In this document: positions 30,088 through 40,060 of the stretch, piece by piece
How positions within the stretch are numbered: the stretch's first letter is position 1
Layout of the letters: each line of letters begins with the position of its first letter
Assembly (NCBI GenBank): GCA_041665545.1
Contig: JBAYIQ010000004.1
Span: 18,132 to 82,131, forward strand
Source: Patescibacteria group bacterium
GTDB lineage: Bacteria; Patescibacteriota; Patescibacteriia; UBA1558; GWA2-36-10
Direction of reading: 5' to 3'
Length of the DNA: 64,000 nt
Notes under the pieces: model-generated
Database searches by the model: none
Told to the model about the DNA's origin: nothing
Seen by the model: only the letters and a program-made list of their open reading frames with translations
Translations under genes and position numbers: made by a program

Positions 30088-30765
30088 ATGTCAAACTTTG
30101 AACGCAAAGAACTTCGGCGCACACACACCATGGCTGACAAGCTAAAAAATTTGCGGCTAAACAAGGAAATCACCGTAGAAGCTTTAGCCAAAAAAATAAA
30201 CATTCCGACTAAATATATTGTCAGTTTGGAAAATGGTCAGCACGATAATTTGCCGGGAGATATTTATGTGCGCGCTTGGCTAAAAAAAATAGCTAGTTTT
30301 TATGAAGTTGATGCTAATGGTTTGCTAGTGGACTATCATTTAGAAAAAAAGATAAATCACAAGATCAACAAAGACATAAAAACAGAAAACAAGAAGGCGG
30401 TCAAAAGCAGTCGATTTTTAAGGCCAAGAACTTTGCGTTGGTTAGTAGTCGGAGGAGTAGTTTTATCTTTGTTAGTCTATTTGGCTTTTGAAATAGTTAA
30501 TATTATTTTTCCACCATATTTAAACATCACTCAACCCAGTAACAATTTCAGAACCAAAGAAGCCAGCGTAGAAATAATCGGTCAAACAAAAAAAGAGGCC
30601 CAATTAATGATCAATGGAGAGTTGATAGCCCTAGATCAAGAAGGAAAGTTCAAAAAAGCGGTTAATTTGACGATTGGCTTGAATAATTTACAGATTAGTG
30701 CTAAAAAGAAGCATAGTCGAACCAAATATTTAGAATTATTAATTTTAAGAGAATCATTAGAATAA
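30088..30765 (+). CDS. RodZ-like HTH membrane protein
   Basis: N-terminal HTH (LENGQHDNLPGDIYVRAWL), TM helix, Ig-like C-terminus; follows ftsK. Confidence 0.75.
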   Translation: MSNFERKELRRTHTMADKLKNLRLNKEITVEALAKKINIPTKYIVSLENGQHDNLPGDIYVRAWLKKIASFYEVDANGLLVDYHLEKKINHKINKDIKTENKKAVKSSRFLRPRTLRWLVVGGVVLSLLVYLAFEIVNIIFPPYLNITQPSNNFRTKEASVEIIGQTKKEAQLMINGELIALDQEGKFKKAVNLTIGLNNLQISAKKKHSRTKYLELLILRESLE

Positions 30766-30814
30766 TTAATAGCAAGCTTTCGCAGGCAGGTTTGCAGAAA
30801 GGAGCTATTTGTAT

Positions 30815-31840
30815 ATGGCGCAAGAGAAAGAGAAAAAAGTAAAGAATAACTTTGATCAGGCCACCAAGACGGCTATTGATCAGATACGGGAGCGTTTTGG
30901 TGAGGGCGCGATCATGAGTTTGGGTGATGCTAAAGCCATGAATGTTGACACCATTAGCACGGGTTGTTTGTCTTTGGATTTGGCCTTGGGTGTAGGTGGT
31001 GTGCCAAAGGGTAGGATTATTGAAATATATGGTCCAGAGGCCTCAGGTAAGACCACCTTAGCCCAACACATTGTGTCTGAAGCCCAAAAAGCTGGCATAG
31101 TAGCCGCCTTTATTGACGCTGAACATGCCCTAGACCCAGATTACGCTAAGCGCATTGGAGTAAATGTCAACGAGTTGTTGATTTCCCAGCCCGATACTGG
31201 TGAGCAGGCCTTGGAAATAGTAGAGGCCCTGGTCAGATCCGGAGGCGTAGGGGTCATTGTGGTTGACTCAGTGGCTGCTCTAGTGCCTAAGGCAGAGATA
31301 GAGGGTGAGATGGGCGCCCAACACATGGGTTTGCAAGCCAGATTGATGAGCCAGGCTTTGCGTAAATTAGCCGGCATAGTTAGCAAGAGCAATACTTTGG
31401 TAATTTTTATCAATCAAATTAGGATGAAAATTGGAGTATTTTTTGGCAACCCCGAAACCACTACCGGCGGTAATGCTTTAAAATTTTATTCTTCAGTCAG
31501 GATAGAAGTCAGGCGTTCGGCTCAAATCAAGCAGGGTGAGAAGATTATTGGCAATCAAGTCAAGGCCAAGGTAGTAAAAAATAAAGTAGCCGCTCCATTT
31601 AAGGCCTGTACTTTTGACATCATGTATAATGAGGGTATTTCTGTAGCTGGCGATGTCTTGGATATGGGCTTGGAATATCACATTATTAATAAGAGTGGCA
31701 ATTCTTATTCTTACGGGGAGACCAAGCTAGGAGTCGGTCGTGAAAATGCTAAGAGCTACTTGAAAGAAAATCCCGATTTGATGGCCACTATAAAAAAAGA
31801 AGTTTGGAAAGTGCATAAGGCCGCAGAAACAGAAGTTTAA
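30815..31840 (+). CDS. recA: Recombinase RecA
   Basis: [31 protein letters not shown]. Confidence 0.99.
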   Translation: MAQEKEKKVKNNFDQATKTAIDQIRERFGEGAIMSLGDAKAMNVDTISTGCLSLDLALGVGGVPKGRIIEIYGPEASGKTTLAQHIVSEAQKAGIVAAFIDAEHALDPDYAKRIGVNVNELLISQPDTGEQALEIVEALVRSGGVGVIVVDSVAALVPKAEIEGEMGAQHMGLQARLMSQALRKLAGIVSKSNTLVIFINQIRMKIGVFFGNPETTTGGNALKFYSSVRIEVRRSAQIKQGEKIIGNQVKAKVVKNKVAAPFKACTFDIMYNEGISVAGDVLDMGLEYHIINKSGNSYSYGETKLGVGRENAKSYLKENPDLMATIKKEVWKVHKAAETEV

Positions 31841-31855
31841 ATTTTTTTACAAAAC

Positions 31856-31910
31856 ATTCCCGCCGTAGTTGATCGTGCTTGACGCGATGACGCGGCGGGT
31901 TTGTTTTATT
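31856..31910 (+). terminator. recA terminator
   Basis: CCCGCCG...CGGCGGG followed by TTTGTTTT. Confidence 0.65.
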
Positions 31911-31935
31911 CGCGACAAATTAGTATAATAGACTC

Positions 31936-33357
31936 ATGTCTGTAATGAGTAAAATATTTACCAATACTATTTGGCAGATAGTAATAAGGTTTTTTGATGT
32001 TATTGTTGGGGTTGTAAACATCGGCATAATTACCCGTGTTTTGGGTCAAACACAATTTGGATTTTATACCACAATTTTTGTGTTCTTGCAGACAGTAATG
32101 ACCATAGGCGATTTTGGCCTGTATTTGACCCTATTGAACGAAGTGTCGGCTACTCAAGACAAAAAAGAGGAGAAAAAAAGGATTGATAATATTTTTACCA
32201 TTCGCTTGGTTTCATCGCTGATAATTTTTGCTCTAGCGCCACTGTTGATAAAATTTTTCCCCTACGATCAAGCAGTAAAGGTCGGGGTTATTTTTTTGGC
32301 CGGCGCATTTTTTTGGCAAAGCTTGGTTTCTACTTTGACAGCGGTGTTTGCCAAATATTTGGACATGGCCAAGGCAACGCTAGTTTATCTGATTGCAAGA
32401 TTGGTTTATTTGTGGCCCCTCATATATATTTATCAACACAGCGGTACCTTAAATCAAGTACTTTTTTGGAATACACTTAGCACCGCCGTTGGTTTTTTTG
32501 CTTTATTGATTTTTATACAAAAGCACCAGCGCTTAGGGATGGGCTGGAATTTTGCCTATTGGAAAAAAGTTTTTAAAATTGCTTGGCCATTGTCTTTGGG
32601 TGTAGTACTTAATCTGGTTTATTTCAAGGCCGACACTCTTATTTTGTCGGCCTATCATTCAGCGGAAAAAGTCGGTCTCTATGGCGCGGCCTACAAAGTA
32701 TTGGAGGTTTTGGTGACCTTCCCACACATGTTTATGGGTTTGATTTTACCCCTTTTTGTAGCCTCTTGGGTGAAAAAAGATTTTGAAAAGTTGAGAGTAA
32801 TTCAACAGAGTACTTTTAACTTTTTTTCTATCATCAATATTTGGATGATTTTGATTGTTTGGTTGATGAGCAGAAAAATAATGTTGTTAATCACTGGACC
32901 AGAGTTTGTCCAGTCAGCGCCGATTCTAAATATTTTGGTTTTGGCTGTGGTGGCCATATTTTTTGGCACCATGTTCACCTACTTAGTCGTGGCCATGGGT
33001 TTGCAGAAAAAAATGCTTAAATTTTATTTTTTGACAGCTGTTTTTGGTCTGACCGCTTATTTTTTATTTATTCCCGAATATGGCTATTGGGCCGCGGCTA
33101 TTATTACGGTGCTAGCCGAAGTTTTTGTTTGGGTAGCCGCTTACTTTTTGGTCAAAAAAAGTGCCAATTTTAGCTTAAAAACAGGAATTATGTGGCGTTC
33201 TGTGCTGGCGGCGATATTAAGTTTTGTTTTGTTTTGGCCACTGCGTGGTTGGCCAGTTATATTTTTGGGACTTGGCGTTTCAGTCTTTTATTTCTTGATG
33301 CTTTTTGTTTTGCGGGCCATCAAAAAAGATGAGCTAAAAATTATATTAAATAAGTAA
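31936..33357 (+). CDS. Polysaccharide flippase (Wzx/MOP family)
   Basis: Many TM helices, DFGL, KADTLIL, VGLYGAAYK. Confidence 0.85.
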   Translation: MSVMSKIFTNTIWQIVIRFFDVIVGVVNIGIITRVLGQTQFGFYTTIFVFLQTVMTIGDFGLYLTLLNEVSATQDKKEEKKRIDNIFTIRLVSSLIIFALAPLLIKFFPYDQAVKVGVIFLAGAFFWQSLVSTLTAVFAKYLDMAKATLVYLIARLVYLWPLIYIYQHSGTLNQVLFWNTLSTAVGFFALLIFIQKHQRLGMGWNFAYWKKVFKIAWPLSLGVVLNLVYFKADTLILSAYHSAEKVGLYGAAYKVLEVLVTFPHMFMGLILPLFVASWVKKDFEKLRVIQQSTFNFFSIINIWMILIVWLMSRKIMLLITGPEFVQSAPILNILVLAVVAIFFGTMFTYLVVAMGLQKKMLKFYFLTAVFGLTAYFLFIPEYGYWAAAIITVLAEVFVWVAAYFLVKKSANFSLKTGIMWRSVLAAILSFVLFWPLRGWPVIFLGLGVSVFYFLMLFVLRAIKKDELKIILNK

Positions 33358-33358
33358 A

Positions 33359-34648
33359 ATGTTGAATTTATTTTTTATTTTAATCGCTGGATTTATCTTC
33401 GCTTACGTCGCTAAAAAAAATATTTTGTGGGGCCTGTCATTAATTATTATTTTTTTGCCAAGTTATCTTTGGCGTTTCCAGATATTGTCCTTGCCCTCAA
33501 CTTTTTTAGAGCTGATGATTTTGATATTATTTTTTATTTGGCTGATTTATTCTAAGCCCTATAAAAAAGAATTTTGGTTGGCACAAAAAATAGAAAAAAA
33601 ATGGTTTTATTTATCAATACTTTGGCTAATAGTTAGCTTTGTAGCTTGGCTGTATAATCCAACCATAAAATCTTTGGGTCTTTGGCGCGCTTATTTCTTG
33701 GAGCCGTTGTTATTTTTTGCGGTGCTTATCACCAGCTTGAAAAATGCCAAAGATTACCAGATAATAATAAAATCAACAGCCATTTTAATTTTCTGGTTGG
33801 CTATTTTTGCTATCATCCAAAATTTTACCGGCGCTAATTTACCAGCAGCCTTCGATTTCCCGAAAACCAAGAGATTAACCAGTGTCTTTTTGTATCCCAA
33901 CTCTTTGAGCCTGTTGACGGCCGGTATTAGCGGATTTTTGGTGGCCTATTATATTTATGTTCAGCGGAGGTGGGAATATTTAGCTATTGGGATCTTAGGA
34001 ATTTTTTTATCTTGGTGGGCAGTGAGCCAAGGGGCTCTAATGGCAATATTTTTCGCTTTTATTTTATTTGGGGCAGTGAAATTATATAAAAGATTAAAAA
34101 ATAAAAAACAAAAATATTTATTTTTTTTAATAATCATTTCTTTGCTGTTAATATTTTTTAATAGTCGCTTATGGACTGATGTTAATCAACAGCTTTTTCA
34201 TCCAACTCTTGATTTGCAGGCTACTTCATTAGAAATACGCAGTAGCCAGTGGCAAGAAACTTATGTTTTGCTTAAAGACAATTGGTTTAAGGGCGCAGGA
34301 CTCAATGCTTATCAAATCAAATTTATACCGTATCACAAAATAGCTTGGTTAGAAATATTTTTATATCCACATGATATATTTTTAAATTTTTGGGTTGAGT
34401 TGGGACTCCTTGGCTTGTTGACTTTTTTACTTATTTTGTATTTTATTGGTCAGGAAATAAAAAAATTGTTTTTTGAAAAAAATAATTTAGCTTGGCCACT
34501 GCTTATTTTCTGGCTTATCTGGCTGATTCAGGGTTTAGTAGATGCACCTTATTTTAAAAACGATTTGAGTTTATTGTTTTTTATATTTTTGGCTCTGACC
34601 ACGCAAGCTAGAAACATAAAAACAATTTACAAGGAAGCTGAATTTTAG
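33359..34648 (+). CDS. O-antigen ligase/polymerase family protein
   Basis: Multi-TM, YPNSL, YPHDIFLNFWVELG. Confidence 0.8.
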   Translation: MLNLFFILIAGFIFAYVAKKNILWGLSLIIIFLPSYLWRFQILSLPSTFLELMILILFFIWLIYSKPYKKEFWLAQKIEKKWFYLSILWLIVSFVAWLYNPTIKSLGLWRAYFLEPLLFFAVLITSLKNAKDYQIIIKSTAILIFWLAIFAIIQNFTGANLPAAFDFPKTKRLTSVFLYPNSLSLLTAGISGFLVAYYIYVQRRWEYLAIGILGIFLSWWAVSQGALMAIFFAFILFGAVKLYKRLKNKKQKYLFFLIIISLLLIFFNSRLWTDVNQQLFHPTLDLQATSLEIRSSQWQETYVLLKDNWFKGAGLNAYQIKFIPYHKIAWLEIFLYPHDIFLNFWVELGLLGLLTFLLILYFIGQEIKKLFFEKNNLAWPLLIFWLIWLIQGLVDAPYFKNDLSLLFFIFLALTTQARNIKTIYKEAEF

Positions 34649-34664
34649 TATAATATACACATGT

Positions 34665-34747
34665 ACCCCGTTAGAAATTCACGGGGATTAAATAATTGCC
34701 AAGCAAGTAGTATATTAGCTTATTATAATGATGATTTCTAACGGGGT
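34665..34747. mobile_element. MITE-like element overlapping the galU start
   Basis: ACCCCGTTAGAAAT...ATTTCTAACGGGGT. Confidence 0.75.
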
Positions 34748-35612
34748 GAAAAAGATTAGGAAGGCAGTAATTCCGGTGGCGGGATTTGGCACTAGATTTT
34801 TACCAGCCACCAAGGCTCAGCCCAAGGAAATGTTGACCGTGGTTGACAAGCCGATCATCCAATATATTGTGGAAGAAGCCGTGCAATCGGGCATTGAAGA
34901 GATAATTTTTGTTACTTCAGCTAATAAACGCGCTATTGAAGATCACTTTGATCGCAATTTCGAGCTAGAATACCGCTTGCGACAAAAAGGGAAAAAAACC
35001 GAGCTGGCCGAGATGCTGAAAATTTCGGACATGGCCAAATTTATTTATGTCCGCCAAAAAACACCAAAGGGCTTGGGGCATGCCGTACTGACTGCTCGAG
35101 AGCTGATCGGCGATGAGCCGTTTGTGGTGATTGCTGGTGATGACATTATTGACTCTAAGGTGCCGGCCATAAAACAACTAATGCGGGTTTATGAAAGGTA
35201 TGAAGATATAGTTTTGGGCGTCACCAAAGTAGATAAAAAAGAAACTTACAAATACGGCATTATTGATCCTATAAAAATTGACGAGCGCACAGTCGAGATA
35301 AGAAGGCTGGTCGAAAAACCCGCTTCCAACAAAGCGCCTTCTAACTTGGCAGTCACTGGTCGCTATATATTGACCCCAGAAATATTTGATTTTTTAGCCA
35401 AACAAAAGCCCGGTGCTGGTGGTGAAATACAATTGACTGACGCCATTGCCCGCTATATCAAAGAACGGGCTGGCTACGCCTGTCTTTATGAGGGAGATTA
35501 TTATGACTGTGGTAACAAACTAGAGTTTATGAAGGCCATTATAAATTTTGGTCTAAAAAGATCGGCCTTTAAGAAAGAGTTAAAAAAATATTTACGTCAA
35601 ATAGTAAATTAA
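34728..35612 (+). CDS. galU: UTP-glucose-1-phosphate uridylyltransferase
   Basis: KAVIPVAGFGTRFLPATKAQPKEML, GEIQLTDA. True start may be GTG 34746. Confidence 0.95.
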   Translation: MMISNGVKKIRKAVIPVAGFGTRFLPATKAQPKEMLTVVDKPIIQYIVEEAVQSGIEEIIFVTSANKRAIEDHFDRNFELEYRLRQKGKKTELAEMLKISDMAKFIYVRQKTPKGLGHAVLTARELIGDEPFVVIAGDDIIDSKVPAIKQLMRVYERYEDIVLGVTKVDKKETYKYGIIDPIKIDERTVEIRRLVEKPASNKAPSNLAVTGRYILTPEIFDFLAKQKPGAGGEIQLTDAIARYIKERAGYACLYEGDYYDCGNKLEFMKAIINFGLKRSAFKKELKKYLRQIVN

Positions 35613-35613
35613 T

Positions 35614-36978
35614 ATGCGTGGCTACAAAATAATTACATTATTATTAATCGGGGTGTTTGTCATTACCTCTGGTTTTGGTTGCAAGGGTTTGGGCTGTTCT
35701 ACAGATAGCGCTAGTCAGCCCGTAGCCCTTACTTACTGGGGAGTTTGGGACAGTCCCACGCAAGTTTCTGGTTTGATTCAAGAATATCAGTCCAGTCACC
35801 CGACCGTAAAAGTCATCTACAAACAACTTCGCTATGAAGAGTACGAAAGAAAACTATTGGAAGCCTGGGCTGATGATAGAGGGCCAGATATTTTTGCCAT
35901 TCCAGCCAGCTGGCTCAATAAATATCAAAACCGCATCGTGCCCATGCCCAGTGTTGTCCAAATTCCAGTGCAGGAAATAAAAGGCACATTAAAAAAAGAA
36001 ACAGTCGTGACCGTACAAACAGTAAAAGGGCTTAAGGCCGATGAGGTTAAGGACCAATACGTTGATGTGGTCTACAACAACGTTGTTAAGAACAACCAAA
36101 TATATGCCCTACCCTATTCGCTAGACACGCTAGTCACTTTTTACAATGAAGATTTACTTGATCAGGCCAGCTTGCCAGAAAAAATTGTTACCTTCAATGA
36201 TCTAGTGGATCAGACTAGCCAGCTGACCAAAGTGACTACGGACAACAAAATAGTTCAATCAGGCGTGGCCTTGGGTACGGCTGACAACATACCAAGATTT
36301 TTTGACATAGTTTCTAGTTTGATGCTTCAAACCGAGGTCAATCTGAAAGGGACAAAATTTAATCCAAGTAGTGGAGAGCAATCAGCTGCTCGTTTTCAGG
36401 AGGCCATAAATTTTTATATTAGTTTTGCTCGTCCGGGCTTGGCTTCGTATTCTTGGGACAAAAGTCTGCCCAATGCTTTTGATATGTTTAGCTCTGGTAA
36501 ATTAGCTTATTTTTTTGGCTATAGCTATCACGCGGATGCTTTGCGTAAAGCGGGCGTGCCATTTGAGTGGGGTATTACCAATTTCCCACAAACCGAAGGG
36601 TCGCAAGGCACAAAATACTACGCTGATTACTGGGTCAATGTTGTAGCCAAAAAATCCAAGAATCAAGGCGTGGCTTGGAACTTTGTGCAAAATACAGCCA
36701 GCGCCCAAAATGTCAAAAAATATTTGGATCAAAATAAAAAACCAACTGCCTTGCGCTCTTTGATTACTGGTCAAAAAAATGATCCTGACATTGCCCCTTT
36801 TGCCAATCAGGTTTTGACAGCCGACAACTGGTACACTGGCTATGATTACCCCAAAGCCGAGGCGTACATGGCCGAGTTTATCAATGGACTAGCTGACAAC
36901 AAGATTGACATCAACAACCAAGCTGATTTGAAATTATTTATTGATAGAATAAATCAAACCTATCAACCCAATCAATGA
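35614..36978 (+). CDS. Extracellular solute-binding lipoprotein
   Basis: Lipobox FGC, LTYWGVWD, GPDIF, LPYSLDTL, cluster-D SBP-like. Confidence 0.8.
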   Translation: MRGYKIITLLLIGVFVITSGFGCKGLGCSTDSASQPVALTYWGVWDSPTQVSGLIQEYQSSHPTVKVIYKQLRYEEYERKLLEAWADDRGPDIFAIPASWLNKYQNRIVPMPSVVQIPVQEIKGTLKKETVVTVQTVKGLKADEVKDQYVDVVYNNVVKNNQIYALPYSLDTLVTFYNEDLLDQASLPEKIVTFNDLVDQTSQLTKVTTDNKIVQSGVALGTADNIPRFFDIVSSLMLQTEVNLKGTKFNPSSGEQSAARFQEAINFYISFARPGLASYSWDKSLPNAFDMFSSGKLAYFFGYSYHADALRKAGVPFEWGITNFPQTEGSQGTKYYADYWVNVVAKKSKNQGVAWNFVQNTASAQNVKKYLDQNKKPTALRSLITGQKNDPDIAPFANQVLTADNWYTGYDYPKAEAYMAEFINGLADNKIDINNQADLKLFIDRINQTYQPNQ

Positions 36979-37667
36979 AATACTTTAAAATAATAATTTT
37001 AGTAGCCGTTACTTTGCCCTTGCTAGCTTTTGCCCAAACAACACCACCAGGGTTTTTGGACACCTTGGGGGGAGATTGTATGAAAAACGGCGACTGTCAA
37101 CTAGCCGACGTAGCCACTGGTTTTATTTTGTTGACCAAGTTACTGCTCGGGGCTATGGGAGCCGTGGCTTTGCTGTATTTTGTAATTGGTGGCTTCCAGT
37201 GGATGACTTCCCAAGGCAACCAGGAAAGAGTGCGTAAGGGCCAGCAGACCATGACCAACACTGTTATTGCTTTGTGTATTGCCTTTACTAGTTATTTACT
37301 ATTGAACTTTTTTGTTAATGATATTTTGGGAGTAAAAAGTGATTACATGATTGGCGATGCTCCAACTCAGTGTGAAGGTAAGTCAGATGGGACGGCTTGT
37401 AATGTGGTTGCTGGTAGCACATATATAAACCCCTATGAATGTTTTTCGGGAGAGTGCGTCACTAAGTGTAAAGTAAAAGCCAACATGACCAGTTTGAATT
37501 GGCAGTGCTATACTGTGCCAAATCCAGAATTAATATCAACAGACACTACTTATTATGAAAGAAATTTGTGCCCCGGTGATGAATACACTGTTTGCACCTT
37601 GTTAAATGCCAGTGGAGAACCAGCTGATCCAGCTTATCAAGCGTTCCTACATCGTTTTGTTCCTTGA
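36975..37667 (+). CDS. TrbC/VirB2-like pilin with Cys-rich C-terminal extension
   Basis: GGFQWMTSQGNQERV core between hydrophobic helices. Confidence 0.75.
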   Translation: MKYFKIIILVAVTLPLLAFAQTTPPGFLDTLGGDCMKNGDCQLADVATGFILLTKLLLGAMGAVALLYFVIGGFQWMTSQGNQERVRKGQQTMTNTVIALCIAFTSYLLLNFFVNDILGVKSDYMIGDAPTQCEGKSDGTACNVVAGSTYINPYECFSGECVTKCKVKANMTSLNWQCYTVPNPELISTDTTYYERNLCPGDEYTVCTLLNASGEPADPAYQAFLHRFVP

Positions 37668-37783
37668 TTATAAAATTATGCACATTCACTCCGTTAAATA
37701 AAATTTAAACACAGTTTAAATTTTAAATTTGCTACATGACCACATATAAATTATACGCCAATGAAAAATATAAAAAATAAATC

Positions 37784-37864
37784 TGTCATTGCGAGTCCCG
37801 TCGAGCTGAGCTCGACGGGATGTGGCAATCCCGATGAGATTGCTTCGCTCCGCTCGCAATGACA
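37784..37864. repeat. REP-like element (TGTCATTGCGAG...GCAATC type)
   Basis: TGTCATTGCGAG...GGCAATC...GATTGCTTCG...CTCGCAATGACA with nested CCCGTCGAGCTGAGCTCGACGGG; related to 7540-7585. Confidence 0.8.
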
Positions 37865-37875
37865 ATCATAAATAT

Positions 37876-38205
37876 ATGAAAAAAATAATAAATTTATTTT
37901 GGTTAGCCACTCTTCCTCTATCTGCTTGGTCGGCAACAGACGGGAAAATTGAGCTTGAAAACCCCGTATCAGCAGATAGTGTGCCAGAACTTATCAATAC
38001 TGTAATTAAAGCAATTTTAGGCATAGTCGGCGCCGTAGCTTTGTTGTATTTGGTGTTGGGTGGTTTCACTTGGCTGACTTCCCAAGGCAATCCGGAAAAA
38101 GTAAAAAAAGGCCGAGAGACATTGGTTTGGGCGATCTTTGGTCTAGCTATGATTTTCTTTAGCTACGTGATATTGAATTATGTCTTTACCGAATTTTTAA
38201 AATAA
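37876..38205 (+). CDS. TrbC/VirB2-like pilin
   Basis: LENPV, GGFTWLTSQGNPEKVKKG. Confidence 0.8.
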   Translation: MKKIINLFWLATLPLSAWSATDGKIELENPVSADSVPELINTVIKAILGIVGAVALLYLVLGGFTWLTSQGNPEKVKKGRETLVWAIFGLAMIFFSYVILNYVFTEFLK

Positions 38206-38316
38206 ATATAATTTTTTTGGTTCTTGATGTTTTGTGGTTTTTAGACTATAATATTATTAGTAAAAAGTACCTTGTTATTAATTATTAAAATCCTAAAAAT
38301 GAAAGGGGGTGAAGAA

Positions 38317-38682
38317 ATGAAAAAATTATTAGTTTCATTAATGCTTTTAGCGCCATCAATGGCCATGGCTCAAGCTCCTGTTGTGGAAGATGACCCATTT
38401 GGTCGAAACACCTTACAAGAGCTTTCAACAGCTGGTGAAAGTAAAGATATATTTGTGGTTATTTCAAACATTGTTAATATTATCTTGACTTTCTTAGGCG
38501 CTATTGCTGTGTTGTTATTCCTTTATGGTGGATTCAAGTGGTTCACCTCTCAAGGTAATAGTGAGCAAATTGAAGCTGCCAAGAAAATCATGGGCGCTGC
38601 CGTTGTTGGCTTGGCCATTATTTTCGCTTCATACGCCGCCGCTCAATACATCTTCGATCAGTTGTCGAATCAACTTTTATAG
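38317..38682 (+). CDS. TrbC/VirB2-like pilin (probable major subunit)
   Basis: GGFKWFTSQGNSEQI; strong SD AAAGGGGGTGA and own promoter TTGATG-17-TATAAT. Confidence 0.8.
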   Translation: MKKLLVSLMLLAPSMAMAQAPVVEDDPFGRNTLQELSTAGESKDIFVVISNIVNIILTFLGAIAVLLFLYGGFKWFTSQGNSEQIEAAKKIMGAAVVGLAIIFASYAAAQYIFDQLSNQLL

Positions 38683-38756
38683 TGGTATATTTGGATTCAA
38701 GACATATAGTCTAGACTATAGTAGGCAAGCTTTTTGCCTACTAAGGTGTGAATTAT

Positions 38757-39146
38757 ATGTATAAATATATTATTTCATTATTTCTATTGTTGCCCTTTAC
38801 TGTCCTAGCAGTGAATCCTTTGGATTCTTTGAATGAGGCAGCCGGAGGCACTGGCTTGGTGAGTAATAAAACTCCGATTCAGATTGTTACTAGCATCATC
38901 AACACCATCCTTTATTTTGTGGGGGCTATAGTTATTGTCCTGATGCTTTGGGCGGGCTTCAAGTGGATGACTTCAGCTGGCAACACTGAAGCCATCAAAA
39001 AATCTAGAGAAACTATTATCAATGCCGTGATTGGCTTGGTAATTATTTTTGCGTCTTATGTGATAGTCAATTTTGTGATGTTAAGACTTATTGAGGGTAT
39101 TGGTGTTGGTGGCACTGGAGGTTCTCCGGCGACAGTTGCTGATTAA
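38757..39146 (+). CDS. TrbC/VirB2-like pilin
   Basis: AGFKWMTSAGNTEAIKKS...NAVIGL. Confidence 0.8.
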   Translation: MYKYIISLFLLLPFTVLAVNPLDSLNEAAGGTGLVSNKTPIQIVTSIINTILYFVGAIVIVLMLWAGFKWMTSAGNTEAIKKSRETIINAVIGLVIIFASYVIVNFVMLRLIEGIGVGGTGGSPATVAD

Positions 39147-39167
39147 GGGTTCTAGTTAAATTTTTAT

Positions 39168-39212
39168 AAAATAAAGCGGCTCCAGTCCATTGCGACTAGA
39201 GCCGTTTTTTCG
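39168..39212 (-). terminator. Terminator of cassette 5 (probably bidirectional)
   Basis: CGGCTCTAGTC-GCAATG-GACTGGAGCCG followed by CTTTATTTT. Confidence 0.75.
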
Positions 39213-39229
39213 ATGAGGTGTGTGTTTTT

Positions 39230-39913
39230 TTATAGCCTGATACAGCCACCCCTGTCCAGCAGCATACCCTGATTGTTGTTGGGGATAAAGTCATTGATCA
39301 AGAAGACAGCGTCAACTGACCGACCCTGCCACGGCACCTTGTGTCCGGGCGCAAGATTTCGACAGCCACGGATGACTCGTCCTCTGTCTTCCCAAACCAG
39401 TACGAAGTCGCCAGCTGCGATGAAGATGATTTTCTCTTCGTGGGGACGAAGAGTAAACACCGGCCCTTGTATGTTTTGGAAGGTTTTGGTCTGAGAGCTG
39501 ATGTTTTTTACCACTACCTCTAGCCGCGCCCAGCCTTGCACGAGGAATTCATCAACGATAATTGGCTCGCCAGTGTACAGACCGACTACGTGGTTTTCTT
39601 CCCCGTGTAGCACCTGGTCATTTCCTACCCATGGAGCCGTCCAGATTTCGTAACGTATGTATTTTTGTGCTCTCGTTTCTACAGGGAAGTCCCTTCCGTA
39701 GGGGAGTGGGATCTTGGGTCCACCGTTGACTGACACAACGGCCCAGCCAATGTAGTGCCGTTGGAAGGTCAATGTGACGGTGGGTGGGTTATCGCCGTAG
39801 GGATGATCGAGAGCGCGACCCTGTTCGTCGCGGAACTCGGTGCCGAGGCCCAAGCAGCCACAAAGGGGCAACAGGGCCATCAGGCACAGGGAGATAAGCA
39901 CATAGCGACGCAT
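39230..39913 (-). CDS. GC-rich cassette 5: hypothetical lipoprotein
   Basis: MRRYVLISLCLMALLPLCGC lipobox; SD GAGGT; own promoter and terminator. Confidence 0.75.
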   Translation of the reverse strand: MRRYVLISLCLMALLPLCGCLGLGTEFRDEQGRALDHPYGDNPPTVTLTFQRHYIGWAVVSVNGGPKIPLPYGRDFPVETRAQKYIRYEIWTAPWVGNDQVLHGEENHVVGLYTGEPIIVDEFLVQGWARLEVVVKNISSQTKTFQNIQGPVFTLRPHEEKIIFIAAGDFVLVWEDRGRVIRGCRNLAPGHKVPWQGRSVDAVFLINDFIPNNNQGMLLDRGGCIRL

Positions 39914-39968
39914 ATAGCACCTCACTTGTTGAATGTTCTTTTTTTAGGCCCAAAATAGGGCTTTTACT

Positions 39969-40005
39969 AACACTATATTATACACCACATAGCCAAAATT
40001 GTCAA
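39969..40005 (-). promoter_or_regulatory. Cassette 5 promoter
   Basis: TTGACA-17 nt (ending TGGTG)-TATAAT-ATAGTGTT. Confidence 0.85.
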
Positions 40006-40060
40006 TGTCTAGTTTTGAAAACAACCCGTCGGGTTGAATTAGTTGTGCTATAATTATTGT

